This document shows, piece after piece, positions 1 through 6,861 of a DNA stretch of 64,000 nucleotides. The number at the start of each line of letters is the position of its first letter. Position 1 is the first letter of the stretch. The stretch spans positions 128,464-192,463 of the IMG/VR virus record IMGVR_UViG_3300033463_006479; one strand, written 5' to 3'. The notes under the pieces were generated by a model that was not told the origin of the DNA, searched no databases, and saw nothing but the letters and a program-made list of their open reading frames with translations. Made by a program: the position numbers and the translations under genes. Source of the stretch: a virus. Lineage: Duplodnaviria > Caudoviricetes.

Positions 1-45
1 GAAGGTTTTTGAGACCTTTGCGTCTACCAGTTCCGCCACTCGACC
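1..45 (-). tRNA. trnL: tRNA-Leu(CAA), truncated by window edge
   Basis: Anticodon arm AAGGT-CTCAAAA-ACCTT, D arm and 5' acceptor GGTCGAG on minus strand. Confidence 0.85.
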
Positions 46-120
46 AAAAAACCAACAGCGGTTATTCATCATTGATGGATTTGTATCCCTACCTGCTTTC
101 TACAAAGTGCAGGACGAGGC

Positions 121-318
121 TCATTCGCCGCAGCCCCTCGTTTTGGCAATATGCTGGTTCGTTTCATTTCGCCGTTGAATTTCATCAACAAGTTCAAGAT
201 ATTCTTCAGCTGATGGTGATGTGTTGTGAAGATGCTTGTACTTTGAAAGTTTTTCATCAAGTTCTTCACGGCTCATATTTTCAAGTTTTTGTTTAAGGAT
301 TTCCGTTGTTTTATCCAT
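121..318 (-). CDS. small hypothetical protein (MDKTTEILKQ..., 65 aa)
   Basis: ATG at 318 after AT-rich leader, between tRNAs; helical charged composition. Confidence 0.55.
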   Translation of the reverse strand: MDKTTEILKQKLENMSREELDEKLSKYKHLHNTSPSAEEYLELVDEIQRRNETNQHIAKTRGCGE

Positions 319-348
319 ATATGTTATGTTTTTGTTTTCTGATATGTG

Positions 349-433
349 TGGCTTGGGCGGGACTCGAACCCGCACGCCCGCAATGGGCAACAGATTTTAA
401 GTCTGTCGTGTCTACCAATTCCACCACCAAGCC
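349..433 (-). tRNA. trnL: tRNA-Leu(TAA)
   Basis: Cloverleaf, loop CTTAAAA, long variable arm, GTTCGAG T-loop. Confidence 0.95.
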
Positions 434-444
434 AGACAATCAAG

Positions 445-528
445 TCGGCGAGGCGGGGGTCGAACCCGCACGCCCTTTCGGGCACTTGCTCCTAAAACAA
501 GCACGTCTGCCAATTCCGCCACTCACCG
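445..528 (-). tRNA. trnL: tRNA-Leu(TAG)
   Basis: Loop TTTAGGA, long variable arm, acceptor CGGTGAG/CTCGCCG. Confidence 0.9.
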
Positions 529-538
529 CAATATAATG

Positions 539-612
539 TCGATAAGGTGGGATTCGAACCCACAATAACACGAATCTGAATCGTGTGCGTCTGCCAGTTG
601 CGCCACTCATCG
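539..612 (-). tRNA. trnL: tRNA-Leu(CAG), short variable loop
   Basis: Loop TTCAGAT in CACGA/TCGTG stem; only about 4 nt of variable region. Confidence 0.8.
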
Positions 613-633
613 TTTGATATTCATATTCGTTTG

Positions 634-717
634 TGGTCGAGGCGGGATTTGAACCCGCATACCCTTTCGGGCAACAGTCCCTCAAACTGCCGTGTCTGCC
701 AATTCCACCACTCGACC
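634..717 (-). tRNA. trnL: tRNA-Leu(GAG)
   Basis: Loop TTGAGGG, long variable arm. Confidence 0.92.
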
Positions 718-885
718 ATTTTGTCAGTTCTTCCATCGGACGATTATACTGACAACCCAATCCACCGATTTTCGTACACTTTCCAAGTATGTCGGCAACT
801 TCCAGCCGCTCACACGGACTGGTTACGGTACGTGACCGTGAGAATGTGCGGATAATAACACACTTTCTTCCTTGCCAGGTCGGAG

Positions 886-957
886 AGCAGGTGATGGGAA
901 TCGAACCCACATTTCCAGCTTGGAAGGCTGAAGCACTAACCGTTGTGCTACACCTGC
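886..957 (-). tRNA. trnG: tRNA-Gly(TCC)
   Basis: Loop CTTCCAA, U73 discriminator. Confidence 0.95.
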
Positions 958-1175
958 ATAAAGAAAGATGGCTGGTTTGTCGTTATGCCAGCAAAGCACG
1001 CTTCCGCCATACTTCAAACGGGGTTTCACACCTCGTTACATCTTTTTAGCCACCGAGCGTTTGACCGATTTCGCCATCGCCATACCAATATAGTATGCAC
1101 GAGCAGGACTTGAACCTGCATTCATCGCAAACCACTGCGACCGTCCGAGTTGAACGGAACTGATTCGGTGTTCTG

Positions 1176-1247
1176 TAGCGGAGGACGGAATCGAACCGCC
1201 GACCTCAAGGTTATGAGCCTTACGAGCTACCTCTGCTCCACTCCGCA
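1176..1247 (-). tRNA. trnM: tRNA-Met(CAT), initiator-like
   Basis: Loop CTCATAA; GGAGCAG..GGTAGCTCG D arm and 1:72 mismatch typical of fMet. Confidence 0.9.
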
Positions 1248-1420
1248 CTATTAAAAACTGGCGGCGGCGTTGTGGCTTATACGTAAATCACCACACCTTT
1301 GATTTCAGATTTTAGGCCAGTTCGGATTTTCGTGTTTATATCAAAAACAAGAAATGCGAAACAGACTTCACATCATCCTATAACCATTAAGTCAAAAGAA
1401 CAACGTTTGACACCAGTTTG

Positions 1421-1496
1421 TTGAACCGATTGGATTCGAACCAACGCAGCACAAAGTTAATTGTGTCGTGCTACCGAAATGTTACACCACGGTTCA
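1421..1496 (-). tRNA. atypical tRNA, 6-nt anticodon loop (TTAACT), identity undetermined
   Basis: Acceptor TGAACCG/CGGTTCA, D and T arms present; anticodon loop non-canonical. Confidence 0.6.
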
Positions 1497-1524
1497 TCCG
1501 TTTGTATGGAAATGAAAAAAATTG

Positions 1525-1640
1525 ATTGGCAGGCAGGAGTCGAACCCACACATCGGTCTTGGACAAGATTAAATACTGCTGATAATTTCTTTGGCCAAGA
1601 AACATTTTCTTACCGTGCTCTACCTTTAAGCTACTGCCAA
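1525..1640 (-). ncRNA. tRNA scaffold with ~44-nt insertion in anticodon arm (hairpin + ATCAGCAG)
   Basis: Acceptor TTGGCAG/CTGCCAA, D arm, T arm; CGGT/ACCG stem encloses TTTCTTG-GCC-AAAGAAA-TTATCAGCAG. Confidence 0.75.
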
Positions 1641-1744
1641 ATGTCCGTTTTCGTTTTGTCCTCCTTGCAAATAATGAGCTCCTCATCCAAGGCTGGTTGT
1701 TGCACTATGTCGAAATACGGTAAAGAACACTACAACCTTTCACG

Positions 1745-1829
1745 TGGGGGAGGAGGGATTCGAACCCCCTGTGTTTCTATGTAACGGATTTACAGTCCGC
1801 CGCCCTTCCACCATCAGAGCAGCTCCCCC
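1745..1829 (-). tRNA. trnY: tRNA-Tyr(GTA)
   Basis: Loop CTGTAAA, long variable arm. Confidence 0.95.
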
Positions 1830-1840
1830 ATTTACGCCAA

Positions 1841-2344
1841 CTATTTGCTGGCGATTTCTTTTACTGCATTTGCGATAACACCATTGTTCGCATTAGGATA
1901 TTTAACCTTCACTCTTGCGATAATATCTTTGGTATATCGTTGCAGTTGTTTAGTGTCAAACGTTTCACCATTGTTGTTTTTTTCAGAAACAAGTATATCA
2001 ACTTGCTTTTCGGTTTCATTGCGAACTTCCTCAACGCTCGGCTCTTTCGGCAAGAGTTTTTCAAGTTCAGAAGCCTCAAATTCGTTCACCTTTCTGTTTT
2101 CAACGGCTATTTTGTTGTCATCACCAGCCTTGGCAAACTCCTGCGCAGCCGTGCGGCAACGTTTCAGCATAGAACGGAGAATTTCAGTTTCCTTTTCGTC
2201 ATTAGGAAGTTTTGTTCCGTTATGCACGGCGTTCACCATTTCGGTCTTGACACCTTTCCAGAAATTCGTTTTTAATTTCACGGCGCAGTCTTTTTCTTCA
2301 AACATAGCGTCCGCAATGTGTTTGTCAAGCGTTTCAAAAATCAT
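1841..2344 (-). CDS. GatB/YqeY domain protein
   Basis: 167 aa helical protein with YqeY-like pattern (IADAM...LRSMLKR..AAQEF...E...LEKLLPKEPS.EEV). Confidence 0.75.
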   Translation of the reverse strand: MIFETLDKHIADAMFEEKDCAVKLKTNFWKGVKTEMVNAVHNGTKLPNDEKETEILRSMLKRCRTAAQEFAKAGDDNKIAVENRKVNEFEASELEKLLPKEPSVEEVRNETEKQVDILVSEKNNNGETFDTKQLQRYTKDIIARVKVKYPNANNGVIANAVKEIASK

Positions 2345-2371
2345 AACTTTGTGTTTTTATTGTTGTTTTTG

Positions 2372-2444
<73 letters not shown>

Positions 2445-2606
2445 ATTCAGATAAAGGACATTTGAATATTTTAACCAATAAACTATACAGCCTTGTTAGA
2501 CCATAACACGGACTCGAACCGCTCGGTTGCTTTGTCGTGCACAACTCCGCAACCAATTTCTTCCAAACCACACGATATTTGCAACTATCACGTGTTGTCT
2601 TTATCT

Positions 2607-2683
2607 TGGTGGACACTGGTGGGACTTGAACCCACGACATCCTGCTTGCAAGGCAGGCGTTCTTCCAACTGAACTACAGGCCC
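2607..2683 (-). tRNA. trnA: tRNA-Ala(TGC), CCA encoded
   Basis: Loop CTTGCAA, G3:U70. Confidence 0.92.
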
Positions 2684-2689
2684 AAAAGT

Positions 2690-2975
2690 GCAGCATACCG
2701 AAGTTTTTGCAATGTGCATCGGCCTCTATCGCTGCTGCGGCGAAAAAGCCTCTTTAGTTATTCGGTGAGGCTTGATTTCCGTTCACGCTCGTTTTGCTGC
2801 GGAAGTTTACTCGCATCGTGGAATTGTCACCACGCTCTCCCGCTTTGTGGCGGGAATGTCACTTGACACTTATACGCCTCAACTTTCCAATGCCGTCCGT
2901 TTTCGAAAATTATAATTTCGGTTTCGGCATATCAGCACAAGTCAGCGATGCTTGAACACCAGTCTGCAAGCACTG
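2690..2975 (-). ncRNA. structured ncRNA with RNase P-like or group II intron-like motifs
   Basis: Multiple hairpins; GGAAAGTTGAGGC, GTGGTGACAATTCCAC, GAGTAAACTTCCGCAGCAA, GCAAAAACTTCGGTAT; no ORF. Confidence 0.4.
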
Positions 2976-2980
2976 TGTTG

Positions 2981-3052
2981 TTGTCCCGACCAGAATCGAA
3001 CTGATATTACTTGTGCCAAAAACAAGTGTAATAGCCATTATACCACAGGACA
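2981..3052 (-). tRNA. trnQ: tRNA-Gln(TTG)
   Basis: Loop TTTTGGC in CTTGT/ACAAG stem. Confidence 0.88.
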
Positions 3053-3183
3053 TTACAAGCAACCGTTTTTATCTCTCGGATAGGTTGCTCACCTGCACCG
3101 CTTCCTTTTTTATGTTTCCGTGGCACTGCGGTTTTGACACGGCGAAACGAGGTTTTACACAAAAATTGTTAAAGTCAAAGAAA

Positions 3184-3250
3184 ACAAGGTGCATATGGAA
3201 ATAACAAATTTAGGTGTTGTTTGGAATAATGTTGCTGTACGCACCTTTTG
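3184..3250 (-). ncRNA. stem-TACAGCAA small RNA, copy 1
   Basis: AAGGTGC-GTACAGCAA...GCACCTT-G. Confidence 0.75.
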
Positions 3251-3288
3251 AACTATAAATTAACTATGAATGAAAAATGCCATAAAAA

Positions 3289-3355
3289 ACAAGACACACA
3301 AAAAAGATTCAAAGTGACAGTTTGATTTTTTTATGAATTGCTGTATGTGTCTTTG
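3289..3355 (-). ncRNA. stem-TACAGCAA small RNA, copy 2, with Asp(GTC)-like anticodon stem-loop
   Basis: AAGACAC-ATACAGCAA...TCAAA-CTGTCAC-TTTGA...GTGTCTT-G. Confidence 0.8.
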
Positions 3356-3457
3356 CGTATCTGGCAGGAGTCGAACCTGCGCCCTTGAGGATATGCCTCA
3401 CGTTCTTACCGACATCTCCACGTTGGAATCCCACCAACGCTTCACCACTACAGATAC
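3356..3457 (-). ncRNA. tRNA-like RNA with expanded D region and aberrant anticodon loop
   Basis: Acceptor GTATCTG/CAGATAC, T arm GCAGG-TTCGACT-CCTGC; extra hairpin CGTTGG/CCAACG in D region. Confidence 0.65.
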
Positions 3458-3537
3458 TGACAGAGGATAGGTTTGTTAAAACTATATGTGATTTGCAACT
3501 CAACATAAAGCTGTAACAATTAACATCATTCTGTTTG

Positions 3538-3611
3538 CGGTGTGTACGGGACTTAAACCCGTGACCTCCGCCGTGACAGGGCGGCATTCTAATCAACTGA
3601 ACTAACACACC
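3538..3611 (-). tRNA. trnD: tRNA-Asp(GTC)
   Basis: Loop CTGTCAC, G73. Confidence 0.92.
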
Positions 3612-3617
3612 ATTTTG

Positions 3618-3742
3618 TCGGGGGTGGTGGATTCGAACCACCATAACGGCTACCCAAAAGCAAAATTGAAATAAAATTGCTGTCCAATTCTCATACAAGA
3701 ATCGTCAAAAAAATACGTGTCCTACCATTAGACGAACCCCCG
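3618..3742 (-). tRNA. trnP: tRNA-Pro(TGG) interrupted by a 54-nt insertion (3662-3715) in the 5' anticodon stem
   Basis: Removing 3662-3715 restores CGGCT-TTTGGGT-AGCCG in a 71-nt cloverleaf with C1:G72, A73; insert holds a hairpin + ACAGCAA. Confidence 0.75.
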
Positions 3743-3750
3743 TTAAAAAA

Positions 3751-3821
3751 ACAAGATACTAAAAATGTAGCGATTTCAAATTACGAGTTTGATGCTTTTG
3801 TTTTTGCTGTATGTATCTTTG
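3751..3821 (-). ncRNA. stem-TACAGCAA small RNA, copy 3, with Thr(CGT)-like anticodon stem-loop
   Basis: AAGATAC-ATACAGCAA...AGCA-TCAAA-CTCGTAA-TTTGA...GTATCTT-G. Confidence 0.8.
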
Positions 3822-3850
3822 GTTTTCATAATGATATATACTGACTGTTG

Positions 3851-4050
3851 CAGACGGCAAAGGAATCGAACCTTTGAATCTTCACCATATCAAGAGCCTA
3901 CTTTGTCGGTTAGTTGACTGACAACCGTGATGATAACTATAAACCGATTGTTTCGGAACTTATACCCGTTCATATTCCAGAACGGTGACGTGTCGCCACG
4001 CCCCACATCTTGATACGGAATTGACGCATTTCCGTTTATGCTATCCGTCT
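3851..4050 (-). ncRNA. tRNA scaffold carrying a ~130-nt structured insert in place of the anticodon arm
   Basis: Acceptor AGACGG/CCGTCT, D stem GCAT/ATGC, T arm AAAGG-TTCGATT-CCTTT; TATCAAGA/TCTTGATA helix encloses the insert. Confidence 0.7.
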
Positions 4051-4184
4051 ATTAAAAAGTGCAGGAAACCATTGTTTGCTGGGATTGGTCTGACTATGAG
4101 TAAAGTAATGATGGAAATGACCAGTCGCCACAAATGTTTGTGTTTATTACTGATGTCTAAAACTGCACTTATATTTTAATGATG

Positions 4185-4595
4185 TTATTTCTTTTTCCAA
4201 TGTGATTTAATCCCTCCGCATTTTCTACTGCAACAAGGATTTGGGTGCGTTGATAAATTACGTTTATCAAAAATGAATTTCTCACCACAAACTGGACAAA
4301 CACATTCAATAAAAGTTTTTGATTGTTTCTTTTTTGAATTATTTTGTCTTTTTGATATAACTTGTAAGTTCTCTATCCTATCATCCATTCTATCACCATT
4401 TATGTGGTCAACTTCATCATCATTTGCCACATCACAACTATAATATGAAGTATAAAGATATTTTGCATAAGACATTGAATGTTTTTCGCCATTTGCATAT
4501 TTCATAGTTGCAACTCTTCTGGGTTCTTTGTTTATATTTACATAAACACTGGTTACACCTTTATTTTTATAGTATTCACTAACATCAATTTTCAT
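4185..4595 (-). CDS. HNH homing endonuclease with C-terminal Zn finger
   Basis: VDHINGDRMDDRIENLQ HNH_3 motif; CPVCG...CCSRKC. Confidence 0.9.
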   Translation of the reverse strand: MKIDVSEYYKNKGVTSVYVNINKEPRRVATMKYANGEKHSMSYAKYLYTSYYSCDVANDDEVDHINGDRMDDRIENLQVISKRQNNSKKKQSKTFIECVCPVCGEKFIFDKRNLSTHPNPCCSRKCGGIKSHWKKK

Positions 4596-4614
4596 AACAA
4601 GTTTAATTTGCTTG

Positions 4615-4688
4615 TAGCGATGGCGGGACTTGAACCCGCAACCTCCTGCTTATAAGGCAGGTCCTCTAACCATTAAGGATACACCGCT
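4615..4688 (-). tRNA. trnI: tRNA-Ile(TAT)
   Basis: Loop CTTATAA in CCTGC/GCAGG stem, A73. Confidence 0.88.
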
Positions 4689-4733
4689 ATCTTGTCGTTC
4701 TATAAATTATGTATAAACGAACAATCAAGGAAA

Positions 4734-4810
4734 ACAAGACACTTTGAAATAGCGTATTCATATTAAAAGTATGGTGCTTGTTCATTTAAGGATTGCTGTA
4801 AGTGTCTTTG
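4734..4810 (-). ncRNA. stem-TACAGCAA small RNA, copy 4, with Lys(TTT)-like anticodon stem-loop
   Basis: AAGACAC-TTACAGCAA...AGCAC-CATA-CTTTTAA-TATG...GTGTCTT-G. Confidence 0.8.
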
Positions 4811-4883
4811 TCCACCCGCAGGGATTCGAACCCCAATCTTGAGTTCCGTAGACTCACGTTCTAATCCGTTGAACTACGGGTGG
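4811..4883 (-). tRNA. trnR: tRNA-Arg(ACG)
   Basis: Loop CTACGGA. Confidence 0.93.
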
Positions 4884-4888
4884 TTTTG

Positions 4889-4963
4889 CGGGGGAGGTGA
4901 GACTCGAACTCACAACCATCGGCTTAACAGGCCGCCGCTCTGACCGATTGAAGCTACTCCCCC
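4889..4963 (-). tRNA. trnN: tRNA-Asn(GTT)
   Basis: Loop CTGTTAA, G73. Confidence 0.93.
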
Positions 4964-4969
4964 GTTTTG

Positions 4970-5041
4970 TAGTCCCAGCGGGAATCGAACCTGCATTTAG
5001 AGTTTAGGAAACTCTCGTTCTGTCCGTTGAACTATAGGACT
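4970..5041 (-). tRNA. trnR: tRNA-Arg(CCT)
   Basis: Loop TTCCTAA. Confidence 0.92.
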
Positions 5042-5046
5042 GGATT

Positions 5047-5129
5047 ACAAGGTGCTGGGTAACGAATAACAAAAATGAAACAGAATTTTAATTGTAAATG
5101 CTATGATATTTTTGCTGTATGCACCTTTG
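5047..5129 (-). ncRNA. stem-TACAGCAA small RNA, copy 5
   Basis: AAGGTGC-ATACAGCAA...GCACCTT-G. Confidence 0.75.
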
Positions 5130-5203
5130 TGGATACTGGTGGGACTTGAACCCACGACATCCTGCTTGCAGGGCAGGCGTTCTCCCAACTGAACTACAGA
5201 CCC
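5130..5203 (-). tRNA. trnA: tRNA-Ala(TGC), second near-identical copy with C33
   Basis: Near duplicate of 2607-2683; loop CCTGCAA. Confidence 0.85.
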
Positions 5204-5410
5204 AGAAATACAAGGTTTATGTTCTGACCAGCGTCTTCACCGCCAAGCCAATTTCATCTGTTTACGTCCTCGCAAACCTTGCAAAACAAAGGAGTGTGGC
5301 GCAGTTCACCATCAGCCACATTTAGGGCTTTTTTCTTATGGATAGAATTAAAGCGTAAAAACCTTTCCATATACCGAGCAGAAGTGAAGATTCTGGCGGG
5401 TAATGAAATG

Positions 5411-5483
5411 TCGTCCCAACGGGATTCGAACCCGTGACTCCACCGTGAAAGGGTGGCGACTTAAACCACTTGTCGATAGGACG
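5411..5483 (-). tRNA. trnE: tRNA-Glu(TTC)
   Basis: Loop CTTTCAC. Confidence 0.93.
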
Positions 5484-5848
5484 GTGCGTATATGCCATTC
5501 CATTCGGACACTATCGCATTATAGCAAACGTGCGGTAATGTAGAACGTGGATGCGATTGTGTCGCCGCAGCAGTTTTTACATTTTCTTATTGCTTCTCGC
5601 TGAACTGTGGCCAATCCAAACCAAACGGCATATAAGGAAACCGCAGGTAAGTATAGTTGTCTTGCATCGGCGGGCGGTTTCGTATGACCGACACAAATGT
5701 CTCTTGGACGTTATGTTCGCCGCACATTGCGGCATTGCTTGACTGACGGGCGGTTTGACACCTACCGTTCCGACAGCTGCAACCAGTATATATCATTTCA
5801 ACTGGATTTAGAAAACTATGATTTACAAAGGTTTAAAGACTTCCTTAA

Positions 5849-6603
5849 CCTACCACACTATGTTACCATAGCCAAATAATATCACCAAAACAGTCTGAAA
5901 CAAATCAGTTTTCATACATTTGTTACACACTTTGTATCAGGTGTGCAGCCGTGACAGCTCTGTTTTATTATCTGTTGTGGTCTGGAGCACATTATAGCCA
6001 TATCGGAAATTCTGCGCAGTTATAATAACATTTTAAATTTAATGAATTGTTGAGGGTCATACCCGCTCTACCGTATAGAATAATCAAGTAAATAGACCAT
6101 TCTTTCTTGTTTCATCCTGCCACTACTTTTTAAGTCTGTTGTCAGACAGTCATCCATAGTTGGGCAGTCCGCAAGCGTAAATTTGGTGTTACGGACACCT
6201 ATTATTAAAAATTCCGACTGTAGGCTCGTCCTCTATGCTCTCTACACATTTATGATAATGTTTTTCAATCAAAGAATTGCCATCATCTGATTGAAAACAA
6301 GGCAGCAAAAGGGGATTCTACGCAGGCAATTTATTCTCATAGCCCGATTCTCTTTTGCCGCACATTATCATTTTAGCACGGTATTGTCCCCGCACGTTAT
6401 TGGTTAGTGCTGCCGCAGACATCACAAACAAATTCGCTTATGACGGCTGCTGGCGGTATGATGATAAAATGTGTACGGTGTTGCGATTTGGCCATAAGCC
6501 AGAACGGAACTGCACAACACGTTATCGTCAATGGGGATGTCCACCGTTTTAGGGACGTTCTACTACGGGTTGTTCACGCCGTAGCACTCCAAATATAAAT
6601 TCA
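5849..6603 (-). ncRNA. ORF-less group I intron
   Basis: P1 CGCTTTGAAT/ATTTGGAGTG with U.G; P2 CTACGG/CCGTAG; P3 CGTCC/GGACG; P AACGGTGGACATCCC; Q GACAATACCGTGCTAA; R AAATGTGTAGAGAGCAT; S ATAATGTGCTCC; P8 AGCC..TCGGAA/TTCCGA..GGCT; P9 ACCAC...GTGGT then terminal G. Splice sites approximate. Confidence 0.85.
6071..6201 (-). ncRNA. orphan TnpB omegaRNA-like module (IS607/RAGATH-18-type) in intron P8 loop
   Basis: Hairpin GGTGT-CCGTA-ACACC; TACG-CTTG-CGGA-CTGCC...GGCAG-GATGAAA-CAAG; terminal hairpin + ATACGG complementary to loop CCGTA. Confidence 0.7.
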
Positions 6604-6667
6604 AAGCGGGTTGGTGAGCATCTTGCAGAAATTCTGGAAGATGCCGCACACTCCCGTCTGATACGTT

Positions 6668-6788
6668 TCGTATGGAGAAACGGGTTTCTCCTTCTTGTTT
6701 CCACCTGCCGACACTTCTTGGATTCATTTCTGAACGCAATATGTAATCTGGCAGTCCGCAAGCGTTACTTCGGCGGTACGTCCGCCTA
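6668..6788 (-). ncRNA. orphan TnpB omegaRNA-like module, upstream copy
   Basis: Hairpin GGCGG-ACGTA-CCGCC; AACG-CTTG-CGGA-CTGCC...GGCAG-GTGGAAA-CAAG; hairpin GGAGAAA/TTTCTCC + ATACG. Confidence 0.65.
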
Positions 6789-6861
6789 CCATCCGATTGT
6801 CGCATCTGTTTTGGCAACGCCTCCACAGAGCATCGGAATTTCCTTATAGTGCCTTTCGCCA

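Noticed and set aside
3851-4050. tmRNA
   Set aside because: No G3:U70, a real D stem is present, it is too short, and no convincing tag ORF was found.
3184-5129. CRISPR array interpretation of the TACAGCAA repeats or the 36-bp repeats at 7601
   Set aside because: The copies vary with covarying stems and irregular spacing, the 36-bp units have no spacers, and there are no cas genes.
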